A stretch of 64,000 nucleotides of DNA, taken from Octopus vulgaris. Its lineage: Eukaryota. The notes below the pieces were generated by a model, which had not been told where the DNA came from, searched no databases, and was given only the letters and a program-made list of their open reading frames with translations. The stretch lies in NCBI GenBank assembly GCA_951406725.2, contig OX597817.1:153760001-153824000 (forward strand), given 5' to 3'. Positions within the stretch are counted from its first letter, which is position 1, and the number at the start of each line of letters is the position of its first letter. Of this stretch, positions 28,110 to 40,384 are shown piece after piece. Position numbers and translations under genes: made by a program.

Positions 28110-28491
28110 GGAGGCGCAATGGCCCAGTGGTTAGGGCAGCGGACTCGCGGTCGGAGGATTGCGGTTTCGATTCCCAGACCGGGCATTGTGAGTGTTTATT
28201 GAGCGAAAACACCAAAAAGCTCCACGACGCTCCGGCAGGGGATGGTGGTGAACCCTGCTGTACTCTTTCACCACAACTTTCTCTCACTCTTTCTTCCTGT
28301 TTCTCTTGTACCTGTATTTCAAAGGGCCAGCCTTGTCACATTCTGTGTGTCACGCAGAATCTCCTCGAGAACTACGTTAAGGGTACACGTGTCTGTGGAC
28401 TGCTCAGCCACTTGCACGTTAATATCACGAGCAAACTGTTCCGTTGATCGTATCAACTGGGACCCTCATCGTCGCAACCGACGGAGTGCTC
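28110..28491 (+). mobile_element. SINE family B, full length
   Basis: TSD tattgagtcatat. Confidence 0.9.
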
Positions 28492-28793
28492 CTATATATT
28501 GAGTCATATACTTTTTACCGCTAATTGTAATTAAGATGAATTCTCTGTATGGTTGCATAATTTACCTTTAAGGAATATAAGTATCGAAGTCAGTTATATC
28601 TCACGGTACACATTAATCTGATAAGTAATTCTTAAATGATAAAAATTCAAATAGACACATATACTTCAGGTATTTATTTTCTTTTTATCTCTTAGATATA
28701 GTAGGGTAGTGCACGTGACTTTTCATAGGGCCTTCGTCACTGATAGTAGGAGGAATGGAAAAAGTTTCCCCCAAACCGGGGACCTGGCGTGTA

Positions 28794-29016
28794 CGAATTA
28801 CGTTCAAATAGCATACGGCCTTATTTTCCCCGCCAAAACTAAAGCCGTGCGGGCAAAATCCTTTGGGTGAGAGGTGGCGCATGAGTGAAAATATTCGCGG
28901 CGATAGGCCGCTGCATGCGTAGGAAGGGTGGCGTAACCTCTCACTCAAAAGATTTTGCCCGCGAATTTAGGTTTCAGAGGTAAAAATGGAGTCGGGTACT
29001 CCTTGAATGCACCTCG
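28794..29016. mobile_element. Tc1/mariner-type fold-back MITE
   Basis: TA flanks; imperfect termini cgaattacgttcaa / ttgaatgcacctcg; inner inverted repeat gcgggcaaaatc..tttgggtgagaggt / acctctcactcaaaagattttgcccgc. Confidence 0.6.
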
Positions 29017-29384
29017 TATACTGAGAAGAGAGAGATAGATTAAGCTTATTATTCAAGACCCCGGCCGACGCTGTAATAATTCCGCCAATCCACCTCCTGG
29101 ACTGTTAACTTATTTTATTGGCCTCTTCAGAGGGATTTGAACTCAGAACGCAAAGATTTGCAACAAATACAGTAAAGCATTTTGACCTAGGCTATAACGA
29201 TATTTTCGATTAGGTTAGTCTAACCTTGACCAAACAAGCCTGTGGTCAAAAATATTCTAACCGTGGCCATCATTTTTTAGGGGTATCTAGAACAACAGTC
29301 TTTTATATGCCCTCTCCTTTTTTTATGGGGTTCGTAGTGACTTGAAGGTGATTTGGCTGCTGTTCCTGACAGGTCTAATGACTA

Positions 29385-29561
29385 TGTTGTGTGGACACCC
29401 CCAGACGATAAAGTAGGCTAGCCCAATACGTATAGTGGAAGAAGTCTAGACGTCAGGGTAGCAGAGTAGCGGTGAGAGTTAAGTAGCAGTGTAGTAGAGT
29501 GAGTAGGAGTCATCCGAACGTGCTATTTCTTTATTGAGTCATCCGAACGTGCGACATAACA
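29385..29561. mobile_element. Solo-LTR-like element (second copy, opposite orientation)
   Basis: tgttgtg...taaca termini; 5-bp TSD gacta/gatta. Confidence 0.6.
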
Positions 29562-29696
29562 GATTATGAGCAGCTCACTCCCTTATAAAAAAATTAAAAT
29601 CTTCGTGATTATATAAGCATGTACTGGTGCGTACATACATATGTAAACGTGCACAAGTTTATATCTGATCTGTAGCTTCATTCTAAGTACTTCTCT

Positions 29697-30130
29697 GGGA
29701 TCTTTTCGGTTTGAACGGCAGTTTTTTCTAGCGGTGTCATATGAAATTGTCACCCATAATTATGACCCTAGTATCGATCTATTGCATTTCAATCTGTTTT
29801 AAAGTTAGGGTTAGTTAAGCTTAGGGTTAGGGGTGGGGGGAAGGGTATCTTTTTTTCTTCAGAAATGTAAATGAACCCAATCTGTTTCTTAAACGAGGGA
29901 CATATTCATACGGCACAGAATGTTTTTCACCTCAATAGACGTCATTGATAGGTTGAAATTGCAGAAATTGAAGAAAAACAACAACAAATATCTTACAAAC
30001 TATAGAATTTTCTCAATAAAGCCAAGAGAAAAAGATGTTTTATAAACACATTCTACCAGTATACGAAGTTTAAAAGTGTTTAGTTACGTGGAAATTATTT
30101 TTTGAAAATGCCGTTCAAACCGAAAAGATT
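29697..30130. mobile_element. MITE with ~22-bp TIRs carrying TTAGGG repeats
   Basis: atcttttcggtttgaacggca ... tgccgttcaaaccgaaaagat; internal gttagggttag...ttagggttaggg; ttctct on both flanks. Confidence 0.75.
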
Positions 30131-30914
30131 TCTCTGTAGTTGCACTCTGCCATGGTATAAAACAAGCTTCTTTTTAATTCTTCAAATCAGGCTTCATTCT
30201 AATTAACCTAGTGCGCCTTATTATTTCATTTGTTGATTGAGAATCAAACACCAGAAGCGTGGCAACACATTAAATGTCGAAATGAAAGAATTCTAAAGAT
30301 CCAAAAATATATTTTGTAAGTGCAAGGGAAAATTGAGTAAAAATCTGAAAGTAAAATAGCATCTAACGAACCTGAACTGAAATAACTGTTATTTATAATG
30401 GAAGGATGCACTATTTAAGATATAACCAATGAACCTAAAGTAATGTGATTGTAATGGATATGGTATCATATTTATGTCATGCGTTGTAAACTCGAAACCC
30501 GCTGTGAAAGCAGTGTTGTGTTGCTGTGTCAAACCCTGTTGTTTTCTTAACGGCTTCATGCCAAATTTAGCAGAATTTACATTTATAGATTTATATATTA
30601 CATTGTTTTGAGAAAGACTGAACGTATTATTGTATTAATTAATTAATTAATTAATTAATTAATTAATTAATTATGTTGAAATGGAAACTGCGTCAGAAAG
30701 CGATAACTTTTCAAGATGTTTCTATTTTGCTTTACTATCTTTACATTTTTCTGAAGAAAGCCCGTACAATATGAGATAAGTTAATGACTGATTCACACAT
30801 GTAATTCACATAAAAGTTGCATATTTTGAATATATATAATTTGCTTATTAAAGATGTGTGATACAACCTCATCTTGTAACACAACCACTTGTACTTAGAT
30901 AGGATTTTACAAAA

Positions 30915-31277
30915 CTACTACTACTATGGCAATCTCTCAAGGTCGAGGATGATGGTCTTCGCGCAAATTTATTGGTGAGTCCGCAGGTGACTGATAAGAC
31001 CAATTCTTGCTCGAAAAGATCGGTCACAGTGCAGACATCTAGTGCCGGAAGGGAGAGTCCCACGTGGTTGTTGTTGGCGCTCCTTCTGTCGTCGTCTTTT
31101 CTCCTCCAGCTCTGCAGACCTTTTTGACTCGAAATTCGCCGTTCCCTCATGGATGGTGGTTTTCCAGAGTGATCTGTTTTTTGCCGTTTCCTCCCAGTTG
31201 GTGAAGTCAATGTTACACTTTTTGAGGTTCGATTTCAGGGAGTCCTTGTAGCGTTTCTTCTGGCCTCCTTTTGTACG
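30915..31277 (-). mobile_element. 5'-truncated RTE(BovB-like) LINE with TSD
   Basis: Encodes GGQKKRYKDSLKSNLKKCNID...WEETAKNRSLWK...CLHCDRSFRARIGLISHLRTHQ* (RTE ORF C-terminus with C2H2 finger), (TAG)n tail, 21-bp TSD cttagataggattttacaaaa at 30894 and 31278. Confidence 0.88.
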
Positions 31278-32040
31278 CTTAGATAGGATTTTACAAAAAA
31301 TAAACAGATAAAACGAGAAATAATACAAAACGTTAAATACACACATACACATACACATACACGGAACACACACACACGCACACATACACACACACACATA
31401 CACACACACTCACGCACACACACACAATGAAATAGAAAATGGTGATGAATATCATTTGCTTGAATGCTTGGTAGTCTTCATTACTCTTAATTACTACGTC
31501 CAGATTAAGACCACATATTATTGCTATTGTGAAGGTTAATTAACCATACTTTTATTCATCGCATAAAACAAACATCGAGCGCAAAAAAATCTGTGTTCGC
31601 TGTTGGCTTCGGTTTCATGTATATTAGTTCCTTTTTCTTTTTTTTTTTCTTTCTGGCCCCCAAAAGTCTTATGTTCTAAGAAAAGATGAAATAAGAAACC
31701 CTGGCGATTAAAGAATTACTCTATAGTATTGACCGCATAGGTTAAGTTAAGTAGCATCAGCTGGAATGAAAATGTGTTTCCACGACCTCAAATCTGCCGA
31801 ATTTATTACATTTTCATCCATAAAACACTTAGAAATTGAATTTGTCTTATGATAATATCATATATTCAAAGTTACGGTACAGCAAAACTTTATGCTCATA
31901 CATGATAAACCTGTTTAGGTAGACAAAACTACTGAATTCAGCTTTCAAATGTTTAAGAAAACAGAAATTACTACTACTGAATTTTCATTTACCGACAATA
32001 AAATATCTGCTCAAGGGAATCTTTTAAAATTTATATTTAT

Positions 32041-32208
32041 TACTGTATTAATTCGTGTATAAGTCGCATCCCTAACTTAGTCTTAAATCTTGGTATAAAA
32101 ATGTTCAATTCATAGTTTTAGCGTGGCATCGTATTTAATTCGCACCTTAATTTTTTCAGCTAAAATCAAGAATAAAATAGTGTGGCTTATGTAAGAGTAA
32201 ATACGGTA
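32041..32208. mobile_element. pogo/Tigger-type MITE
   Basis: Termini tactgtattaattcgtgtataagtcgca / tgtggcttatgtaagagtaaatacggta. Confidence 0.65.
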
Positions 32209-33527
32209 GTTCTTGGGTAGTTTTCACTTTCACTGAAACAAGGTAGATAAAACAGTGCCCGAACTACATATAATTTTTTAATAAATTTTCATAAAATGCT
32301 GAGATGGATTCCAACTTGAAATATTTCTCCTTTCTGGATGATAGTACATGATACCACAGAGAGCTATAACTTAGCTAAAATTTAGTTCGATGAATGACAG
32401 CTTGTTTACACGTTCTCCACATTAACAAAGAAAAGGAACTGAAAACAGCTATTACCAAAAACTGAGTGTAGTTAGAGAGGATTGAGTTAGCTAGGCACAT
32501 TATGTTTCTATTGTCTTTTTAAACGCAAGATCACGAATCGTTAGATTTCCTAGACAGTATGTCAATTCAAGATATTCAACATTCCACGAGGTCTTCTTTT
32601 GTTTAAGTATTATCAAGCCTTCAATTTGAACTAATATGAGTGATGGCATGTATGCGTTAAAGAAATTTGTTCTGAGTCATATAGTTTTTAGGTTGAAATT
32701 AAACCGCCAAATTAACATTTTACCTGCAATGTCTGATGGAGTTATTGCTTGCAATACATTAGGACGAATCTTAAATTTTACCTTTAGTTCGTTCAAGAAG
32801 AATTAAACCGTATGTCCCTAAAATATTAATTATGGGAAATTCCATTGCTAATTTCATGTAACTATAGATAGATTCTTCCAGAAAAATACACACTGAATAA
32901 CAATTTGTTATGTGCGACAGAAGCAGTATAAGTTTAAAGTCGCAACCTCTGTATCACTTAAAATATAGACACATCGTTGAAAGCCTAATTAACTGTGGTA
33001 TTCGTCTTGATGTAGTACATTTTCTTTTTATAATGTAATCTGAAGCGAAAGGAGATTTTATAGTTGAATAGTTTTAATGAGGTTAATGTCCTGTGTGCAA
33101 ATGAATGTCAGAGGTTAAAATCAAAAAGCACGGGCATATAGAACTCCAGAAGGAAGTATTCCTAGAAGTTCTGTCAGGTCTAATTAGTTGAGACACAGTA
33201 GGGGGTTATGGAAAGAGGAAAGGTGAGTGAGACGAGTGAGTTTATGCGGTGGGGGGGGGTAGTCGACGGTCAGCAGGTTCAAAGGTAGAGAAGAAAACGA
33301 TACAAAGGCAGTGAGCTGGTAGAATCGTAAAATGTTGGACAAAATCTTTAATGGAATTTTTTCTGGTTCTTTACGTTCTGAGTTCAAATCAGACCCAAGT
33401 CAGTTTGTCTTTTAATCTCTCATGAGTTGATAGGATAAAGTGTTGGGTCAATGGTATCGATATCGACTAAGTCCAACCTATAAACCTTTTGGCACTTGCT
33501 AGTCTGGTGCCAAAATTTTAAATCATC

Positions 33528-33529
33528 AC

Positions 33530-33565
<36 letters not shown>

Positions 33566-33572
33566 CACCACC

Positions 33573-33613
<41 letters not shown>

Positions 33614-33678
33614 CACCACCGCCGCCACCACCACCACCACTACTACTACTACTACTAATACTACTACTGCTGTTGCTG

Positions 33679-33729
<51 letters not shown>

Positions 33730-33750
33730 TTATTACTACTACTACTACTA
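33528..33750. repeat. (CTA)n/(CCA)n trinucleotide microsatellite
   Basis: Direct reading. Confidence 0.95.
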
Positions 33751-33799
33751 TAATGTTATTGCATGCTTCTTTGGTTTGCAGAGATGTTATTTTGAGGTT

Positions 33800-34700
33800 T
33801 GGTGACAACAGGTCTCAAATCTCGAGAATCTTCCTTTGAATTCTTGCAGAATGCAGTATGACACTTTTCTGCGGTTCGAGAACGCTTGTCCCAATTCCAT
33901 TATTCTTCAGCCTCATAAGTAGTAGTTTGGGCATTGGTGCAAAGTGTACCATCTACAATTATCACATTTATCTTCCACAGTTTTTTCATCTCTCGTGTCT
34001 AGATCCCGGAAGGATCTATTCTATCATCCTATGGTCTCACAAGTTTTTTTTTTTTATTTTTCCTCTACAAAGCCTTGTGAGTGGATTTGGTAGACGGAAA
34101 CTGAAAGAAGCCCGTCGTATATATGTATATATATATATGCGTGTGTGTGTTTGTGTGTCTGTGTTTGTCCCCCTAGCATTGCTTGACAACCGATGCTGGT
34201 GTGTTTAAGTCCCTGTTACTTAGCGGTTCGGCAAAAGAGACCGATAGAATAAGTACTGGGCTCACAAAAGAATAAGTCCCAGGGTCGAGTTGCTCGATTA
34301 AAGGCGGTGCTCCAGCATGGCCGCAATCAAATGACTGAAACAAGTAAAAGAGTAAAAAGGGTAATCGTATCTGGTCTCCTTACTGTAGTAAGGAAATCCC
34401 TTAAACTCATGTAATTAATATTCAGCATCCCAATTTTTGTGCTCATACCAATTCTCTGTCATTCTGAATCCACACACTCCGTTAATTTCCCAAAGCACTC
34501 TTTCGCGAATGCAGTCATGCCTGCACTTACATTCTTTTCGCGTTAGCTTACTGCAGGCACATAAGAAACGTTGAATACTTCCGTCTCCTTTCTCAAAACT
34601 TCTGCCTTTCCATTCTGAGTTTTAACGTCTTTGCTTTTATCAAATTCTTTCGTTCTAACAGCTTGTTCCTTAATGGCTGTAGTTAGTGATTCAGTTTCGT
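33800..34700 (-). mobile_element. Decayed R4/Dong-like (RLE) non-LTR retrotransposon 3' part, interrupted by SINE A
   Basis: Frameshifted - strand peptides ETESLTTAIKEQAVRT, CACSKL..CRHD, NWYEHK, RPD, KKLWKINVIIV, QKSVILHSARIQRKILEI* match the CCHC and restriction-like endonuclease end; adjacent trinucleotide tract. Confidence 0.7.
34073..34340 (+). mobile_element. SINE family A, 5'-truncated
   Basis: Family match from gccttgtgagtggatttgg to tail. Confidence 0.9.
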
Positions 34701-34866
34701 GGCTTGCAAGCTGGCAGAATCGTTTGCAGAAATGCCTTCTAGCTTTACGTTCTGAGTTCAAGTGCCGCCGAGGTCGACTTTGTCTTTCATCCTTCCGGGG
34801 TTGCTGTACTTGACTAGTCTCCTCCCACCAAGTTTCAAGACCTTTTGGCCTATTGTAGAAGTTATC

Positions 34867-34899
34867 ATGATCATCATCATCATCATCATCATGATCATG

Positions 34900-34983
<84 letters not shown>
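34867..34983. repeat. (CAT)n(TAT)n microsatellite
   Basis: Direct reading. Confidence 0.95.
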
Positions 34984-35280
34984 TCTATATCCGTACACAG
35001 CAAGTGGAAAGGAAAAAAAAAAGAAAAGAAAAAGTACCTCAACAGTTGAACAGGATATTCGATTTCCAGTTTCCAAAGTTTTGATTTACTTCCTCTACTA
35101 ATGCTTTTCGGAAATGCTTAGCAGCCACAACTTCCATGTGCCTAAAATGGAATCCTTTCTGCCTCATAAAATAACGTCAAATTGAAATTTTGGCGCTGGT
35201 ATGGCTGTGTGGTTAAGAAACTCGCTTTGCCGCCACATGGTTTCCGGTTGAGTCTTGCTACGTGACACGTTCGGCGTCTA

Positions 35281-36180
35281 CGAGGTCTGATCAAGTATCC
35301 GGACTGTCATCATAGTAACGAAGTTAAAGCACGCAGAGTAAAGCCGATTAGTACAGATTGACCCGGGACTCTCATGTGCCTACGCATTAAGTTTTAACGT
35401 CCTAGCACCCTTTCCCTATTTACAGCAGTGCTTGGAAGGAACGTGTCTAGCGTGTGATCGTAGCACGGCGTGTGATCGTAGCACAGCGTGTGATCTTTGT
35501 CATGGTGATACCTGCTCAGAAGCCTATGCTAGGTTGCAGAATGTATATGGAGAGAAGTGTATGATGCGCACACAAGTGTACGAGTGGTTCAGACATTTCC
35601 AAAATGGCCGAAAATATGTCGATAGTGACAAACGTTCTGGGATACTCGCAACCAGCTGAACTGAGAAAAACATTGCAGATGTGCGTGCAGCTGTGTGGGG
35701 GAAATCATCGAATCACCATCCGTGAGTTATCAGAGGATGTGCAGATTAGTTACGGTTCAGTTCAGTCCATCATCACTGAAGATTTGTGTATGAGACAATT
35801 GTCTGCCAAGTTTGTGCCAAAACTGCTTTCAACTGACCAAAAAGACACTCGGTTGCACAAGATCTCCTTCATTGTGCTGAGAACGATGAAAACATTTTGA
35901 AAACTTTGCGTAGGCAAAGTTTTCAAAGCAGGTATCGCTAAGCTTTTGGCAAAATTTGATGCAGATTTTCTGCTCAACTTTCTCTGCATGGTCAATGCAA
36001 CGGTCACACGCTACACACCTTCCTTCTAAAACCTGCTGTAAACAGCGGAAATGAGCTAGAACGTTAAAACTTATTGCACATGCAGAGCAGAGTTCAAGGT
36101 CAATCTGTACCAATCGGCTTTACTTTGCATGCTTTAGCTTCGTTACTATGGTAATAGTCCGGATACTTATTGATCAGACT
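35281..36180 (+). mobile_element. Mariner-derived non-autonomous element with long inverted arms and transposase remnant, nested in an old SINE A (35193-36505)
   Basis: Arms gtctgatcaagtatccggac... / ...gtccggatacttattgatcagac extend ~190 bp; peptides EAYARLQNVYGEKCMMRTQVYEWFRHFQNGR and RITIRELSEDVQISYGSVQSIITEDLCMRQLSAKFVPKLL are mariner HTH/WVP-region motifs. Confidence 0.85.
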
Positions 36181-36739
36181 ACAAATCTTCTACAATAGAC
36201 CCAAGCGACCAATGCTTTATGAGTGAATTAGGAGACGGCAACTGAGTAGAAACTAGTCGTATATTTGTGTGTGCGCGCGCGATGTCTGTGTGTATGTGTG
36301 TTTATCTTTGTATTTGTTCTCCATCCCACTGTTCGACAGACGATGCTGGTTTGTTTATATCCTCATAACTAAGCGGTTCAATATAAAACAAACCGATATA
36401 ATAAGAATCAAAATTGAAAAATAAGCTCTAGGGCTCAATTTGTTTGAGCCAACCCTTCAACTTGGTGCTACGGCATGGCCACAATACAATGATTTAAACA
36501 AATGGAAGATAAAAATGAAATTAAGCAGGTTAACCGGCATTGGTTTCTTTACTTCCCTGTAATTAAGCGTTCGGTTAAAAGGAGAATTCGATACAAAGAA
36601 AAAAATAAAGATACCAGAATTAAAAATAAGCACTTGGATCAATATGCTCGAGTCAATCCATCAACGTAGCACTCCAGTATGACCGCAGCCCAAAGATTGA
36701 AACAAGTGGAAGAAAACAAATAAAAATTAAACAAGCATA

Positions 36740-36904
36740 GGCGTAGGAGTGGCTGTGTGGTAAGTAGCTTGCTTACGAACCACATGGTTCCGAGTTCAGT
36801 CCCACTGCGTAGTACCTTGGGCAAGTGTCTTCTACTATAGCCTCGGGCCGACCAAAGCCTTGTGAGTGGATTTGGTAGACAGAAACTGAAAGAAGCCCGT
36901 CGTA

Positions 36905-36964
<60 letters not shown>

Positions 36965-36965
36965 A

Positions 36966-37003
<38 letters not shown>

Positions 37004-37217
37004 GTTTGTGTGTGTGTAGGTTTGTGTGTCTGTGTTTGTCCCCCCAACATCGCTTGACAACCGATGCCGGTGTGCTTACGTCCCCGTAACTTAGTAGTTC
37101 GGCAAAAGAGTCCGATAGAGTAAGTACTGGGCTTCCAAAGAATTAGTGCTCGACTAAAGGCGGTGCTTCAGCATGGCCACAGTCAAATGACTGAAACATG
37201 TAAAAGAGTAAAAGAGT
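36740..37217 (+). mobile_element. SINE family A, full length
   Basis: Family match. Confidence 0.9.
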
Positions 37218-37218
37218 A

Positions 37219-37815
37219 GGCAGAAACGTTAGTCCGCCGGGCGAAATGCTTAGCGGTATTTCGTCTGCGTTACGTTGTGAGTTCAAATTCCGCCGAGGTC
37301 GACTTTGCCTTTCATCCTTTGGTGGGGGGGTCGATAAATAAAGTACCAGTTACGCACTGGGGTCGATGTAATCGACTTAATACCTATGTCTGTCCTTGTT
37401 TGTCCCCTCTATGTTTAGCCCCTTGTGGGTAATAAAGAAATAGGTATTTCGTCTGCGTTACGTTGTGAGTTCAAATTCCGCCGAGGTCGACTTTGCCTTT
37501 CATCCTTTCGGGGTCGATAAATAAAGTACCAGTTACGCACTGGGGTCGATGTAATCGACTTAATACCTATGTCTGTCCTTGTTTGTCCCCTCTGTGTTTA
37601 GCCCCTTGTGGGTAATAAAGAAATAGTTATTTCGTCTCTCTCTATGTTCTGAGCTCAAATTCCGCCGAGGTCGACTTTGCCTTTCATCCTTTCGGGGGTC
37701 GATAAATAAAGTACCAGTTACGCACTGGGATCGATGTAATCGACTTAATACCTATGTCTGTCCTTGTTTGTCCCCTCTGTGTTTAGCCCCTTGTGGGTAA
37801 TAAAGAAATAGGTAT
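37219..37815 (+). mobile_element. SINE family C head-to-tail trimer
   Basis: Three ~185-bp units joined at aaagaaatag(g/t)tatttcgtc. Confidence 0.9.
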
Positions 37816-38121
37816 TCAGTGAAATTCAACAACCACTGGTACGCATGTAGTGACTATTCATTTTTTATACATTTTTGACATTCATCAGAAAAGACAAGGT
37901 TGCTAAGTGCAAAACTGGGTTCAATGAAACAAGCTGTCTGCCACCAAGAATATAAACCTGACTTTAGTATTAATATACTTGGAGAAGTAAAAGCATCGGT
38001 GTCAAGTTTCAGAGAGGTTGCTGTCTAGCCACGCTTACTGCAATCCATAGATTAGCCTTCCGCCTGTCTTTTGGCTTCTCATATGCTGGCATACAAATAC
38101 ATACATACATACATACATACA

Positions 38122-38153
<32 letters not shown>

Positions 38154-38201
38154 GCGTCGTATATTATCGTCTGCTATTTCCAGTGAATACTGGTGCGTTG
38201 T

Positions 38202-38412
38202 TACTCTTACTCTTTTCCTTGTTTCAGTCATTTGACTGCGGCCATGCTGGAGCACCGCCTTTAGTCGAGCAAATCGACCCCGGGACTTATTCTTTGTAAA
38301 CCCAGTACTTATTCTATCGGTCTCTTTTGCCGAACCGCTAAGTGATGGGGACGTAAACACACCAGCATCGGTTGTCAAACAATGCTAGGGGGGGACAAAC
38401 ACAGACACACAA

Positions 38413-38445
<33 letters not shown>

Positions 38446-38621
38446 CATATACAAATATACAACAGGCTTCTTTCAGTTTCCGTCTACCAAATCCACTCAC
38501 AAGGCATTGGTCGGCCCGGGGCTATAGCAGAAGACACATGCCCAAGATACCACGCAGTGGGACTGAACCCAGAACCATGTGGTTGGTTAGCAAGCTACTT
38601 ACCACACAGCCACTCCTGCGC
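38202..38621 (-). mobile_element. SINE family A, full length
   Basis: Family match. Confidence 0.9.
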
Positions 38622-38818
38622 TGTTGTACCACTATCCTATATTTATACACATACATACATACATACATACATACATACATACATACATACATACATACAT
38701 ACATACATACATACATACATACATACATGCATGCATGCATGCATGCATATATATGTGTCTATATATATATATTCGCATGACGAAAACACGCACACTTGCG
38801 CACATAAACAGACGCACG

Positions 38819-38854
<36 letters not shown>

Positions 38855-39120
38855 TTCTCTATTTCCATCTCCCTTTTTCTGATGCATATTACATTCACAT
38901 ATGCGTAGATGTACGCAGACATACATGTACATGTGCACAATCGCGAGCACTGATACACGTATACATGAATCAACATTCGTACAGACATGCACGTATGTGA
39001 TTGCATTTATATGTATATAACCGCGTATGCAATCTGTGTATGTGTGCGCGCGTGCGCACCGTCCGTGTGTACATTTCTAGGGAGATGTGTGCGGAATAGT
39101 AGTGGTACCTATATTGTTAT

Positions 39121-39426
39121 CACGTGATCACGTGACCGACCAGGCTATCAGATGTTGCTACACATCGCTATTCACAATGCGCTTCGCATTCTTTTAGCCT
39201 TCAATGACGCCACCCCGCTGGCTAAGCAAGCAGGACAATAGAAGAAAGAGTGAGAGAAAGTTGTGGTGAAAGAGTACAGCAGGGATCACCACCATCCCCT
39301 GCCGGAGCCTCGTGGAGCTTTAGGTGTTTTCGCTCAATAAACACTCACAACGCCCGGTCTGGGAATCGAAACCGCGATCCTATGACCGCGAGTCCGCTGC
39401 CCTAACCACTGGACCATTGTGCCTCC
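39121..39426 (-). mobile_element. SINE family B head with an alternative 3' tail
   Basis: Matches family B up to ctttctctcactct, then unrelated tail ending (atcacgtg)2; 14-bp TSD acctatattgttat. Confidence 0.85.
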
Positions 39427-39700
39427 ACCTATATTGTTATATCCCTAACTATGTCACTTTTATCTTTTACTTGCTTCAATCATTAGACTGCAGCCATTTT
39501 GGTGCATCGCTCTTGTAGCCCAACGAATCAACTCCAGTACTTAATATTTAAAGCCTGGTACTTACTCTATCGGAATCTTTTGCCCAACTTACGGGGACGT
39601 AAACAAAGGAAAACCGGTTGTCAAGCGATGATGGGTGACAAACTCAAGCACACACACACATACGAATGGCTCTTTTTAGTCTCCAGCTTTGATCCGCCCG

Positions 39701-40257
39701 CGAATTTTTTTCCCACGAGAGTTCCGGACCCCAGTTATGAACTCATATGCGTACAGCCAATCAGAACTGAACTACCAAACTAATTTATGAGTGCATAACA
39801 AGTGATGGGCGATGGGATATGGATGCAGTAACGAATGACAATGCTTCTCTTCTCTTAAGAATGCTTGTTTCTTTTGGCTGTCTTTGCGTAGTTGCTTGTG
39901 TTGTTGTTTACTTTGTATAACAGTAAGGGGAGAGGGTTGCCAGCTCTTCACCCTCTACCCACAATTTCCCCATCCACATCTTTACCATATGAGGCCCTAA
40001 CAAAATCCGATAATAGGTACAGATGTATATCTATCTAATTACTTGTCTCCTTCTAAAACCAGACAGAACTTGGCGATCGATCGACTTACAGCACCGTTCT
40101 TCGTCTTGAGTTTATTTAGTAGAGTGTGTTTCACCAAGAAATTGTTTTTTTAAACACTTTCATGAATGTTCTGACAAGGTCAAGGTGAGCTCTGATTGGC
40201 CGTATGCAAATGAATTCATTACTGGGATCCGGAACTCTCATGGGAAAAAACATTTCG
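39701..40257. mobile_element. MITE with ~65-bp TIRs nested in an old SINE A
   Basis: ttcccacgagagttccggaccccagttatgaactcat..cagccaatcag / ctgattggccg..atgaattcattactgggatccggaactctcatgggaa; second copy at 57781. Confidence 0.8.
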
Positions 40258-40384
40258 AGGTCCGCCTGGGACTATAGCAGAAAACACTTTCCCAAGGTGC
40301 CACACTATGGCACAGGACCGAAACCATGACCACAGAGTCACACCAGCGCCTATATACAGTATATGATTCTCTATATATAAAGTT

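Noticed and set aside
30969-31409. 146-aa ORF with a C2H2 finger as a host zinc-finger gene
   Set aside because: Bounded by TSDs and matches the RTE LINE C-terminus; its N-terminal part is flanking microsatellite
37219-37815. Regularly spaced repeats resembling a CRISPR array
   Set aside because: Whole ~185-bp units are repeated with no unique spacers, there are no cas genes, and the context is eukaryotic
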